DNA of 25,014 bases, taken from a virus. Its lineage: Duplodnaviria > Caudoviricetes. Position 1 is the stretch's first letter; each line of letters begins with the position of its first letter. Positions 9,573 through 17,746 of this stretch are shown here, one piece after another. The stretch spans positions 1 to 25,014 of IMG/VR virus record IMGVR_UViG_3300012914_000008; one strand, 5' to 3'. The position numbers and the translations under genes were made by a program. The notes beneath the pieces were generated by a model. That model was not told the origin of the DNA. It did not search any database and saw only the letters and a program-made list of their open reading frames with translations.

Positions 9573-9608
9573 AAAAAAGAAGGGACAGCCGTTAAGCTAT
9601 CCCTTTTT
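9573..9608. terminator. Probable bidirectional Rho-independent terminator at the convergence point
   Basis: Stem AAGGGACAGC (9580-9589) / GCTATCCCTT (9596-9605), fully paired on the - strand with one G-U. A-run before and T-run after. Overlaps the TAG of the - strand gene. Confidence 0.8.
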
Positions 9609-10130
9609 CATTAGACTATCTGATTTTTCATAGAACTCGTCTAATGTCATAAATGCTCTTTTATCTGGTTTGCTGAGTAGTTCATCCGAAGCATCCAGTC
9701 GAATATCACCTATCTCTCTTTCCCACATCTCTTTTAATTCTCTATCCTTATTCAATCCCTGGAAATAATGGAAGTCGGCATTTGGTGTACGGTAGCGGCT
9801 GATATATTCTTTAGCCAACCCACTCATTCTACTAAAATTGCCGGACATAAAATATTCCACATCTTTCTGCCATTTAATTAAGCTATAGGATATTTTGTAG
9901 TGATCTTTACCTTTATATATAAAAGACCAATTTGGATGTAGATTTAATACCCTCCGTGACAAGAGTGTTAAATCCACTACCACTACAAATATGTATTTTC
10001 CATTAGGTTCTAAATAAGTGTTTATGAGATTAGAAGACAGGAAGCTAAACTTATTCAGTTTCAACAATGGAAGAATTAAGTGGTTAGATAAATTTTCATT
10101 TCTTAATTCTTCTATAAATCGTTGTGACAT
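9597..10130 (-). CDS. Hypothetical protein (177 aa)
   Basis: ATG-started ORF, co-oriented with the replication block and ending in the terminator. No motif recognised. Confidence 0.7.
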   Translation of the reverse strand: MSQRFIEELRNENLSNHLILPLLKLNKFSFLSSNLINTYLEPNGKYIFVVVVDLTLLSRRVLNLHPNWSFIYKGKDHYKISYSLIKWQKDVEYFMSGNFSRMSGLAKEYISRYRTPNADFHYFQGLNKDRELKEMWEREIGDIRLDASDELLSKPDKRAFMTLDEFYEKSDSLMKKG

Positions 10131-10151
10131 ACGCCTTCGGTTTAGCGTGTA

Positions 10152-10961
10152 TTACCAGCCAAGAGCATCTAGTTTTATATCTTTATGATTTAATTCAGCT
10201 GCATCAAATTCTATATAACGATCCGCAATATCCTGCTTTAATACTTCTACATAATTATTGTAGAGAGGATGAGCAATACATAGTAATCGTACAGCTACCA
10301 TTGTTTGATGGTAAACATTTGGTCCAAGTGTTTCTCCAAAAGCTTTCACATAAGATGTTTTCACACTCATAAGATAAGTCATCGAAGAATCATTAGCATC
10401 CAATATCTTCCTTGCCTTTACTTCTCCTATGCCAGGAAGACCCAGAATATTATCTGTCTTGTCTCCCATCAGAAGTTGTACACATAGATTATAAAATGCC
10501 TGATCATCACTTACTTCAAGATGTTCATTTTTCTTGTAATCATAGTGTTTACCTGGTATTTGTCGCATATCCTTGTCAGGACTGCATACAGTATATTCTA
10601 TAGCATGTGATTTATATAGTTCAGCAAATGCACAAACAGCATCATCTGCTTCCATATCAATAGCCATATAAAATTTCCACTTATCACTAAGTCTTAGTTT
10701 TACTATACGTTCTATATCCTGGAATCTTTCATCCTTTGCCAGGCGCTGCCCTTTATATGGAGCTACATTATATTCCCGGTAACGAAAGTTAGTTGAAGGG
10801 GATAATACACCAATATAACCGGTAGCATTAGTATTATGAAGAATCATTGTAACTATGCTATCCGCAGACTCTATGATTTCTTTTTCACTATACCCTTCTT
10901 TGAAGTTAGGAGAAAAAGCTATAATGTAGATGATTGCATCTGCATCAATAAGTGATACCAT
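10152..10961 (-). CDS. 5'-3' exonuclease / flap endonuclease (T7 gp6, T4 RNase H, PolI N-terminal family)
   Basis: LIDADAIIY, FRY...YKGQR, EADDAV, SPDKDMRQIPG and helix-hairpin-helix GDKTDNILGLPGIGEVKA. Start corrected to ATG 10961 (MVSLIDAD, 269 aa). Confidence 0.92.
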   Translation of the reverse strand: MVSLIDADAIIYIIAFSPNFKEGYSEKEIIESADSIVTMILHNTNATGYIGVLSPSTNFRYREYNVAPYKGQRLAKDERFQDIERIVKLRLSDKWKFYMAIDMEADDAVCAFAELYKSHAIEYTVCSPDKDMRQIPGKHYDYKKNEHLEVSDDQAFYNLCVQLLMGDKTDNILGLPGIGEVKARKILDANDSSMTYLMSVKTSYVKAFGETLGPNVYHQTMVAVRLLCIAHPLYNNYVEVLKQDIADRYIEFDAAELNHKDIKLDALGW

Positions 10962-11523
10962 GTTCGTTAAGTTTATCCTCCATGCGTTTAAGTTTATCTG
11001 CCATTGACATGAAGTCATCATATGGCAGTATAGCATATCTTCCTACTGTCTCGAATACTTCCTCGTGCCCACCTGTTTTTCTTTCACGTAATACCTTCCT
11101 AGTATATTTATGAAGAATAACATTATAAACTCCAGGTACACAAGACATGCCGGGTACTGCTATCTTTTTGTTTTCACCGGTACGTTTAATCTTTACAGTC
11201 TTTGCACCTCCACGAAATATCTTGTCATAATTAATTATGGCACAGGAATTCTTTGACTGTACATTGTAAGGTAGTCTTCCATTGACTCTCTCATCCTTAT
11301 TGATTAAATCAATCTTTTGACCGTCCCTGGATTTACTTTCACCTCTACTAGTTACTACATGAGGATATCCGACTTTATGAAAGTCATCTCTGTTTTCTCT
11401 TTCCCAGTCTCCACCTACACGAGCATTACGTTTATTGCCTCTTTTTTTTAAGGGTAATTCAGTAATACTAGCTGTAATGATGCAGTCCTTAAATGATTGC
11501 GGTATTTGTTTCTGTTTTCCCAT
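10945..11523 (-). CDS. PD-(D/E)xK nuclease, Holliday-junction-resolvase-like
   Basis: RNARVGGDWERE helix, TSRGESK..DGQKIDL and NVQSKN (QxK variant of the catalytic motif). Adjacent to the exonuclease. Confidence 0.7.
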   Translation of the reverse strand: MGKQKQIPQSFKDCIITASITELPLKKRGNKRNARVGGDWERENRDDFHKVGYPHVVTSRGESKSRDGQKIDLINKDERVNGRLPYNVQSKNSCAIINYDKIFRGGAKTVKIKRTGENKKIAVPGMSCVPGVYNVILHKYTRKVLRERKTGGHEEVFETVGRYAILPYDDFMSMADKLKRMEDKLNEHGITY

Positions 11524-11535
11524 GTACTAAAGTTA
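11524..11535 (-). promoter_or_regulatory. Putative -7 promoter element directly abutting the nuclease start codon
   Basis: The - strand reads TAACTTTA-GTAC-ATG. No clear -33 TTTG. Confidence 0.4.
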
Positions 11536-11563
11536 AGAAAGCCCCAGGAGAAATCCCAGGGCT
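11535..11563 (-). terminator. Rho-independent terminator after rIIB
   Basis: - strand AGCCCTGGGA-TTTC-TCCTGGGGCT followed by TTCTT. The 10-bp stem closes fully only on the - strand (two G-U pairs). Confidence 0.75.
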
Positions 11564-11588
11564 GTTTTCATTAACCAACCATTAAAAG

Positions 11589-12782
11589 CTATTTAGAGAG
11601 TGCGATCTTTTCGTCTAATAATTTATGTGCTTCTTCAGCATCCATTTTGGCCTTTTCAATAGCTTCCTGCACCATAACAGCATATTCAGCATCATTGAGT
11701 TCAGCATACTTACTGGAATGATAAATATTCTTATTTACAGATTCAAAGGTAGAATGTACAAAGTAACGACGTACACGCATTGCGCCATCATTACCAGTGC
11801 CTAAACCAACAATTGCACCAATATCCATGGGATCTACTAATACATTATGGGTAACGCGATCCTGTCCATTCTGGTACCCTTGTATGTACTTTAATCCGCC
11901 AACGTGTAATCCAGGTTGACCAGAAGTATAATCACGAGTATCTACTTTATTCCAGCTATCCAGAACATGACTGTGACCAACACGAATGAAGTGACCTAAT
12001 TTTGCATCAGGAGAAGTTTCATCCATTCCATAAGGAATACACAGGAATGCATCATAGGTCTGACCCATAATAGCTGGCTCAAATAAGCGATCTTCAGCAA
12101 ATTCAGGTACTAAAACGGTAACTTCGCCGGTATCAGCATCTATTGTTTTAGCATACCGGGAAACCTGTTTAACAGTTTCGCCGTCATCATCGAATTTGAA
12201 TTTCTTAGTGATTTCTCTGCTCACTTTGTAGCATACTAATAATCCTTCCTGGGTAATAGCTACTTGTGTAGTTGTTGCACGTTCATATGCAATTTCTTCG
12301 CTTACACCATTCTTCATTAATTCCCTTGCTAAGTCCCTCTGAATATATGGAGCACTGATATAATTAATAAAGAATTCAGCTTTACTAGCAGAAAAATGAG
12401 GATTACGCAGAAAACGTACCCAACACTTTATCAATGGAGTAATGTCGATGTTCTTCTCTACAGATTGAAGTACACGATCAACTAATTCCTGTGGAAGAGG
12501 AATAGAGGACAATGTATCATTGTACTTAAGGTAGTACTTATTATTGTGCTTATTTACAAACAAATATGGAGAAGCTGTCTCCACTATTTCTTTGTAACTC
12601 TCTACAGTAAGAGGGCTAAATTCTTCTACTATAGCCTTAAGTTCTGCTGTAGTAGTAACCTGCCCTGCTTTCTTCTGCAGATCCATCATAGTGTTATACT
12701 TCTGTTCATCATAAGTAACACTAAATGGTTTACCATTTACTGATCCTGAAATCAGATTTTCGATGCGATTTACAATTATCAT
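11589..12782 (-). CDS. rIIB: rIIB-like protein
   Basis: WVRFLRNP, ITQEGLLVCYKV, GLHVGGLKY and VLVDPMDI...MRVRRY match T4 rIIB-family motifs. Lies downstream of an rIIA-like gene. Confidence 0.85.
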   Translation of the reverse strand: MIIVNRIENLISGSVNGKPFSVTYDEQKYNTMMDLQKKAGQVTTTAELKAIVEEFSPLTVESYKEIVETASPYLFVNKHNNKYYLKYNDTLSSIPLPQELVDRVLQSVEKNIDITPLIKCWVRFLRNPHFSASKAEFFINYISAPYIQRDLARELMKNGVSEEIAYERATTTQVAITQEGLLVCYKVSREITKKFKFDDDGETVKQVSRYAKTIDADTGEVTVLVPEFAEDRLFEPAIMGQTYDAFLCIPYGMDETSPDAKLGHFIRVGHSHVLDSWNKVDTRDYTSGQPGLHVGGLKYIQGYQNGQDRVTHNVLVDPMDIGAIVGLGTGNDGAMRVRRYFVHSTFESVNKNIYHSSKYAELNDAEYAVMVQEAIEKAKMDAEEAHKLLDEKIALSK

Positions 12783-12988
12783 TTATATTGGTTTAATTGT
12801 TCAATTAGTTCTTTTACTTCTACTTCCTTGGTGGCTATTCGATCACAAAGATCGGCAATAGTTTCATTAAATGGAATCTCTCCCATCTTGTCCAGCAAAT
12901 TCAAGTGGTTCTGGAGCCGATAAATATACTCTATCGTTCTGATTAGGCGTTTGCACTTCGATATTATTTGTTTGTGTTCCATAATCAA
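12779..12988 (-). CDS. Small helical/coiled-coil protein (67-69 aa) overlapping the 3' end of rIIA
   Basis: TGA overlaps the rIIB ATG (ATGA). Fills the 84-nt rIIA-rIIB gap and overlaps rIIA by up to 122 nt. Amphipathic heptad pattern. Confidence 0.6.
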   Translation of the reverse strand: MIMEHKQIISKCKRLIRTIEYIYRLQNHLNLLDKMGEIPFNETIADLCDRIATKEVEVKELIEQLNQYK

Positions 12989-15890
12989 GTACTCCTTTAG
13001 ATTCTAAATACAGTTTTATTTCATGTTCTATATGAGGTAAAACAGGTATTTTAGGCATGCGTACTGTAGTAGGAGAATAATTCCATTCATATTCAACAAG
13101 CCCGGTAAGTCGTGGCATCCAATTAAGAAGATCTCCAACAGCATTACCGTATTCTAATACATCGCTAAGAATGTCTACAATTTCAGGTTCTACAGCCATA
13201 CCATTTTGTAATTGATTATTACCAAATAGATCTTCAGCCAATGCAGCAATAGTTGCTTTATCTTCCGAATTGTCCATTACGAATTTCTGAAACTTATAGA
13301 CATTATCCAAATGGGATATAAGATCATTATAAGTTCCCTTGTTCAAACCATAGTAATTATTACCAGATTGTTCTTTGATTTCATTATAATGAGTTGCTAT
13401 ATATTGCTTTAGTTTTTCATACTTATCTGCATACTCAGTATTGAATTGCTCATAATTATATAAGAAAGCTACTTTATGTAAACTTTCTTTAATTAGACGA
13501 GCTGTATTCCATTTTACTAATAAGTTACTCATTGAAATTGTATGGTTGCGGATTGAGATAAAAAATTCCTGGATGTGTTTGAAATCACGTACATACTTTA
13601 CATTAGCCTGAGCTACTTTGACTAATTTGATTTCTCTATTATCGAAGAAGTGTTGGCAATTATATGCTGCAGTCTCTGCCTGATAAATAGTACTTATATC
13701 TATAAGAGTAGAAATACCAAAATTAGAATACAATTTTTCTTTATTAAGTCGATACCATTTCTTATCAGTCCATCCTTCTATTTTCTTTGTTTCAGACCCA
13801 TTTCTAACAGTGTAAAAATTAACTGTACTAGCTACAGTACGTACTGCATGATTCACCATATCATTTCTGAAATTGCGATCACGAGTAATAGCAGCAACTA
13901 AATGTATTACCTCATCATCAGCTTCAGTACCATAATAGATTTCTTCTTCTTCCCAATTATTGATTTCTGAAATCTTTTGTTCAAGTTTTTGTGAAACAGA
14001 AAGTCGTTCCTCATGATAGGTTTTTGTGTAAGGATATCCATTCTCATCTTTTTCCTCAGTAGTCCAGGTATGCATTTGTGCTCTACCCAATAGCCTGGGC
14101 GTATAGATAATTATTTTCCCTTCTGACTTTCTTCTTTCTGCTGCAGTTATTGTAGTAACCTTAGCCTCTACTTTTTCTTCTTCAGTTTTCTTTTCCTCTT
14201 CTTTTTCTACCTCATCCAGATCAGTTGCTTTAAAATCTTCAGGTACTTCAACCTTAGTATAATCCATTACACCTTCACTAGCTACCATTAAATCATACAA
14301 TACCGTAGGACTTACACCACTTTCTTTTGCCAGATATTCTTCTCTTTTTGCAATCTCTTCTTCACTAAAATTAGCAGATCGCATATGCTCAATAGTAGTT
14401 GGCTCATGTATGGTAATAAAACCATTTTCTCCAAGTTCTTTAAGTAAGAATTTATCTCTACGATTATTATATGACTCTCCTCTTGGAATATAAAATACAG
14501 GACTACCTATATAACTACCAATACTCTTAACACTGCCCCTATCTACTACTATAACTTGTTTGTTTTGTCGAAGTGTTTGTCTAAGGCATACGAATCTTAC
14601 AGTGAGTGCATCAAAAATACCCATTGGAGTAAATTTGATACGTGGATCAGGAAGATATTTTGGTTGTATAGTATTGATATCAACGATCCTAGACAATCGA
14701 CTAATTACATCATTACCATTATGTGAATAACGTGTACCGATACTAAAGCAAGTTTTTACCCATTTCCAGAAATCAGTCTCTTTCAATTCTTCCTGGATAG
14801 CTTTGGAAGCTATTTCCTGAACATCAAGGAATCTTTGATTGACCATCATCTTTGTCTTTTCACTCCATATAACACTCTCACGTGATGGAGTTACTTCGAT
14901 ATCTTCCGGTGCTACTTTAATACCAATATTTCCAGTACGATCTTGTAATTCTAATTCCTCCCAATTGATGTAACCATAATTAACTCCATTGAGAAGTAGA
15001 TGGGGTTTAGTATAGTAATTATTATCAGAGAGAATAATGTACTCATCTTCATAGAGGATTTTTGCACGGTAATTTTCTTCATGAGTAATACCATCTTCAT
15101 CTGTTATCAGGAATTGTATACCGCTAAAGTATAATAATTGACTACGAACAGCATCTAAGTATTGTTTCTTATGATGTTTTTTAGCGCCAATAGTAATAGT
15201 AACCCCATTTTTGGCCTCAGTCTCTTCGTAGTATACCTTGTATTCATGGTCAGTGCCCAAAGCAAAAATGATAGCATTATTTTCGTTGCCAGATTCAAGA
15301 TTGTACTGGGGAATAATGCTATCATAAGAATGAGCATAGATATTAAACCTATAGCGTTTACCATTATGTACACTTTCAATTGTATAATAATCTACTCCTA
15401 CAGAGAGTGGGCTTTTAGCACCAATACCCCATTTACCTAATGGTAATTTGGATAAACGTTTAGTACTATAACCCATCTCAAAGTAACCCTCTAATCTACG
15501 ATCACCTAATCCTACTCCACTATCGGATATTACTACTTTATCAGCAGCAGTTGAGCCGCCAGAAATGTAGTGGATAATTACTGTATCATTATTACTAAGG
15601 CAATCGAGAGAGTAGTAAGTAGGATCAAAATGAGAATCAGTATATTGTTCTCCTTCTCGTTCAACGAAGAAATCTTCCACTTTAGCAGTTCCGGATAAGA
15701 TTTGTTTTGCAACATTTTTCTCTCTGATGGAGTCAACTGCATTTGAAGCAATCTCACGAATGGTAGATTGAACCGGATAAATATACTGATATCTTTGAAG
15801 GGTATCAAGTACCATCCCCATGGCTCCTGCGTTAATGGTCTTTGCCTGACCGGCCCCCATTTGTCTGACTTGTTCATTGTGTATTGCCAT
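12867..15890 (-). CDS. rIIA: rIIA-like protein with N-terminal GHKL (HSP90-like) ATPase domain
   Basis: REIASNAVDS, DSGVGL, GYSTKR..GKWGIGAKS, NGVTITI and VTPSRES motifs. 1007 aa, upstream of rIIB. Confidence 0.88.
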   Translation of the reverse strand: MAIHNEQVRQMGAGQAKTINAGAMGMVLDTLQRYQYIYPVQSTIREIASNAVDSIREKNVAKQILSGTAKVEDFFVEREGEQYTDSHFDPTYYSLDCLSNNDTVIIHYISGGSTAADKVVISDSGVGLGDRRLEGYFEMGYSTKRLSKLPLGKWGIGAKSPLSVGVDYYTIESVHNGKRYRFNIYAHSYDSIIPQYNLESGNENNAIIFALGTDHEYKVYYEETEAKNGVTITIGAKKHHKKQYLDAVRSQLLYFSGIQFLITDEDGITHEENYRAKILYEDEYIILSDNNYYTKPHLLLNGVNYGYINWEELELQDRTGNIGIKVAPEDIEVTPSRESVIWSEKTKMMVNQRFLDVQEIASKAIQEELKETDFWKWVKTCFSIGTRYSHNGNDVISRLSRIVDINTIQPKYLPDPRIKFTPMGIFDALTVRFVCLRQTLRQNKQVIVVDRGSVKSIGSYIGSPVFYIPRGESYNNRRDKFLLKELGENGFITIHEPTTIEHMRSANFSEEEIAKREEYLAKESGVSPTVLYDLMVASEGVMDYTKVEVPEDFKATDLDEVEKEEEKKTEEEKVEAKVTTITAAERRKSEGKIIIYTPRLLGRAQMHTWTTEEKDENGYPYTKTYHEERLSVSQKLEQKISEINNWEEEEIYYGTEADDEVIHLVAAITRDRNFRNDMVNHAVRTVASTVNFYTVRNGSETKKIEGWTDKKWYRLNKEKLYSNFGISTLIDISTIYQAETAAYNCQHFFDNREIKLVKVAQANVKYVRDFKHIQEFFISIRNHTISMSNLLVKWNTARLIKESLHKVAFLYNYEQFNTEYADKYEKLKQYIATHYNEIKEQSGNNYYGLNKGTYNDLISHLDNVYKFQKFVMDNSEDKATIAALAEDLFGNNQLQNGMAVEPEIVDILSDVLEYGNAVGDLLNWMPRLTGLVEYEWNYSPTTVRMPKIPVLPHIEHEIKLYLESKGVLDYGTQTNNIEVQTPNQNDRVYLSAPEPLEFAGQDGRDSI

Positions 15891-15899
15891 TATATAATT

Positions 15900-16118
15900 T
15901 TAAAAATTGTCGATTACTTTACCCCCAAATATACTAGCATAGGTTTGTGCTATATCATAACTAAATGGTTGACTACGTTTACCATCAGGGTAAATTACAC
16001 GGAACTTTCCGTATAGACGATTAGCTTCTAAACTTTCATAGAAAAACAACTTATAGTATTGTCTTCTTAACCATCTTAGCATAATATTAATGGTTTTATT
16101 ACTATTCTTTTGATTCAA
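15900..16118 (-). CDS. Hypothetical protein (60-72 aa)
   Basis: Co-oriented ORF that fills the gap. Start uncertain (MNQK or MLRW). Confidence 0.6.
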   Translation of the reverse strand: MNQKNSNKTINIMLRWLRRQYYKLFFYESLEANRLYGKFRVIYPDGKRSQPFSYDIAQTYASIFGGKVIDNF

Positions 16119-16377
16119 ATATTCTATTAAATGTTTCAGGATCGTAAGTATTAATTACTCCATTCTCGTCTACTATATACCAAGCTTCACGAGCAAATAA
16201 TTGTTCTCCAAATAATTGTTCTCCATTGGCACGAGTAATCATAATAAGTTTATTACCACGATATGATGCTGTTGGACCTACCCAATCTAGTACCCAATCC
16301 AAATCTTCCATTTTGCCAGTCCAGCGTATTGCCTCGAATTCGGGCCTATGCTTCTTCTTATATTTTTTCACTTCCAT
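16102..16377 (-). CDS. Conserved small phage protein (91 aa)
   Basis: KYKKK..PEFEAIRWTG...WYIV...Y.PETF..IF matches the widespread 'YRKKPVxIEAxQW' phage family of unknown function. Confidence 0.75.
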   Translation of the reverse strand: MEVKKYKKKHRPEFEAIRWTGKMEDLDWVLDWVGPTASYRGNKLIMITRANGEQLFGEQLFAREAWYIVDENGVINTYDPETFNRIFESKE

Positions 16378-16388
16378 AAGGTAATATT

Positions 16389-16850
16389 TTAGTGGAATGT
16401 ATTACATGTTGGACATTTAATGCCTATAAATGTTTTTACTGCTAAGTTTTTAAACCTATCTATATTATGCTTTTCAACTTGTATAACTCCAATTTTCTTA
16501 GAAGCTGTAGTCATTAACACGCACCAGTCTTCTTCTTCAAATTCGGCTCCCTCCTTAACCCATATAGCAGTAAGAGATATTGGTCCTATTATTTTTATAG
16601 ATTCATTCCTATATGAATTCTCATGATAACCAAATTTATAGAATCCATTTCTAGGGGAATAGGCATTATCATTAAATTGTACATCTCTGGAACAGAGGAA
16701 GAGTTTAACTTTCGTACATAATTCCCCTTCGTTCTGTTTACATGATGATTCAGCTTCGTGGATAGATGGTTCGGGATGATATAAATCTATAACTAAATCT
16801 CCATCTTCGTAACCTCCTTCCACAGGTAGATATTTAGCAAAGTATTTCAT
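16389..16850 (-). CDS. Hypothetical protein with C-terminal CxxC (153 aa)
   Basis: ATGA-coupled to the upstream gene. Ends in KCPTCNTFH. Confidence 0.7.
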   Translation of the reverse strand: MKYFAKYLPVEGGYEDGDLVIDLYHPEPSIHEAESSCKQNEGELCTKVKLFLCSRDVQFNDNAYSPRNGFYKFGYHENSYRNESIKIIGPISLTAIWVKEGAEFEEEDWCVLMTTASKKIGVIQVEKHNIDRFKNLAVKTFIGIKCPTCNTFH

Positions 16851-17101
16851 GATTTAAGTATTTTTAAACATTCAGTTAATGTTTCTACGCTACAAGTGTA
16901 ACGATACAAGCCATCAGATCTTCCCAGTATAATTACTATTTCCTGTGCAGGTAATTTAGACATATCGATAGAGATATTATCACAGATACCATATACAATA
17001 TCATAGCCAGGATAAGTGAAAGAACATAGCTTGCCTCTGTATCTTTCAGTAAGAGTTTTCTCAAACTCAGATAAGCTGAGCTTTTTATATGGCAATCTCA
17101 T
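16847..17101 (-). CDS. Hypothetical protein (84 aa)
   Basis: Co-oriented ATG ORF whose TGA overlaps the next ATG. Confidence 0.7.
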   Translation of the reverse strand: MRLPYKKLSLSEFEKTLTERYRGKLCSFTYPGYDIVYGICDNISIDMSKLPAQEIVIILGRSDGLYRYTCSVETLTECLKILKS

Positions 17102-17110
17102 ACAATATTT

Positions 17111-17239
17111 TTATAGTTTACTTTTTATCCAATCTGTAATTACGCAATAAAATATACCAATAAAGAAATCACATGTAATTATACCTGTTATGAGAATAAG
17201 AATAAAGCATATAGAAACTAGAGAGTCTACTATATTCAT
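17111..17239 (-). CDS. Small hydrophobic membrane peptide (42 aa), not in the ORF track
   Basis: Translated by hand: MNIVDSLVSICFILILITGIITCDFFIGIFYCVITDWIKSKL*. ATG overlaps the sigma factor TGA (ATGA) and the ORF fills the otherwise empty 17102-17235 gap. Confidence 0.65.
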   Translation of the reverse strand: MNIVDSLVSICFILILITGIITCDFFIGIFYCVITDWIKSKL

Positions 17240-17694
17240 TTTTGTTGTTTTAAAAGTTGAGTGCCTCGGTACAAATTATTTTGTACACTTTGTCTGCCTC
17301 TATTTGTTCTCTGTGCAATGATAGGAGCAGGTACGCCAGCAATGTAATGAAGATAAATATCTCTCGCTACTCCAGGTGTAAGAGTGCATACTTTACATAA
17401 GATATTGAATGCAGGTGTTTCATCATAAACTGTATATTCGCATTCTATACTAGCAGGTATATCTTCTATATATTTTACTCTTTTTCTACCCGCACTTCTA
17501 AGATAAGAATAACAGCATAATTTAACAGCTCTATATAAATATGCCTTGTAATTTTCTACCTTTGGATTCTTTTTCCAGATAGATATAAATACATCATCAA
17601 CTATTTCTTCTGCTAATTGCCTGTCATTAGTTATATGGTTAGCAAAGGAAAGGAGATCATTCTTATAACTAGAATATAATTGTTCTAGGTTCAT
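17236..17694 (-). CDS. ECF-type RNA polymerase sigma-70 factor, Bacteroidetes-like
   Basis: Region 2: LLSFANHITNDRQLAEEIVDDVFISIWKK...NYKAYLYRAVK..CYSYLR. Region 4 HTH: LTP..RDIYLHYIAGVPAPIIAQRTNRGRQSVQNNLYRG..LLK. 152 aa. Confidence 0.88.
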   Translation of the reverse strand: MNLEQLYSSYKNDLLSFANHITNDRQLAEEIVDDVFISIWKKNPKVENYKAYLYRAVKLCCYSYLRSAGRKRVKYIEDIPASIECEYTVYDETPAFNILCKVCTLTPGVARDIYLHYIAGVPAPIIAQRTNRGRQSVQNNLYRGTQLLKQQK

Positions 17695-17746
17695 ACAAAT
17701 GGATTTATAAGTTAAAAACTACCCTATATCCATACTATTGTTCTTA

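Noticed and set aside
10962-11036. Longer exonuclease start from the ORF track
   Set aside because: The family's first motif (LIDAD) begins right after Met at 10961, and the extension lies inside the upstream gene.
14160-14225. T/C-rich low-complexity tract
   Set aside because: It encodes the E/K-rich linker of rIIA and is not a DNA repeat element.
17699-17733. Imperfect inverted repeat (ATGGATTTA / TATATCCAT) upstream of the sigma gene
   Set aside because: Only 8 of 9 bp, AT-rich, with a long loop. Not distinguishable from chance without conservation data.
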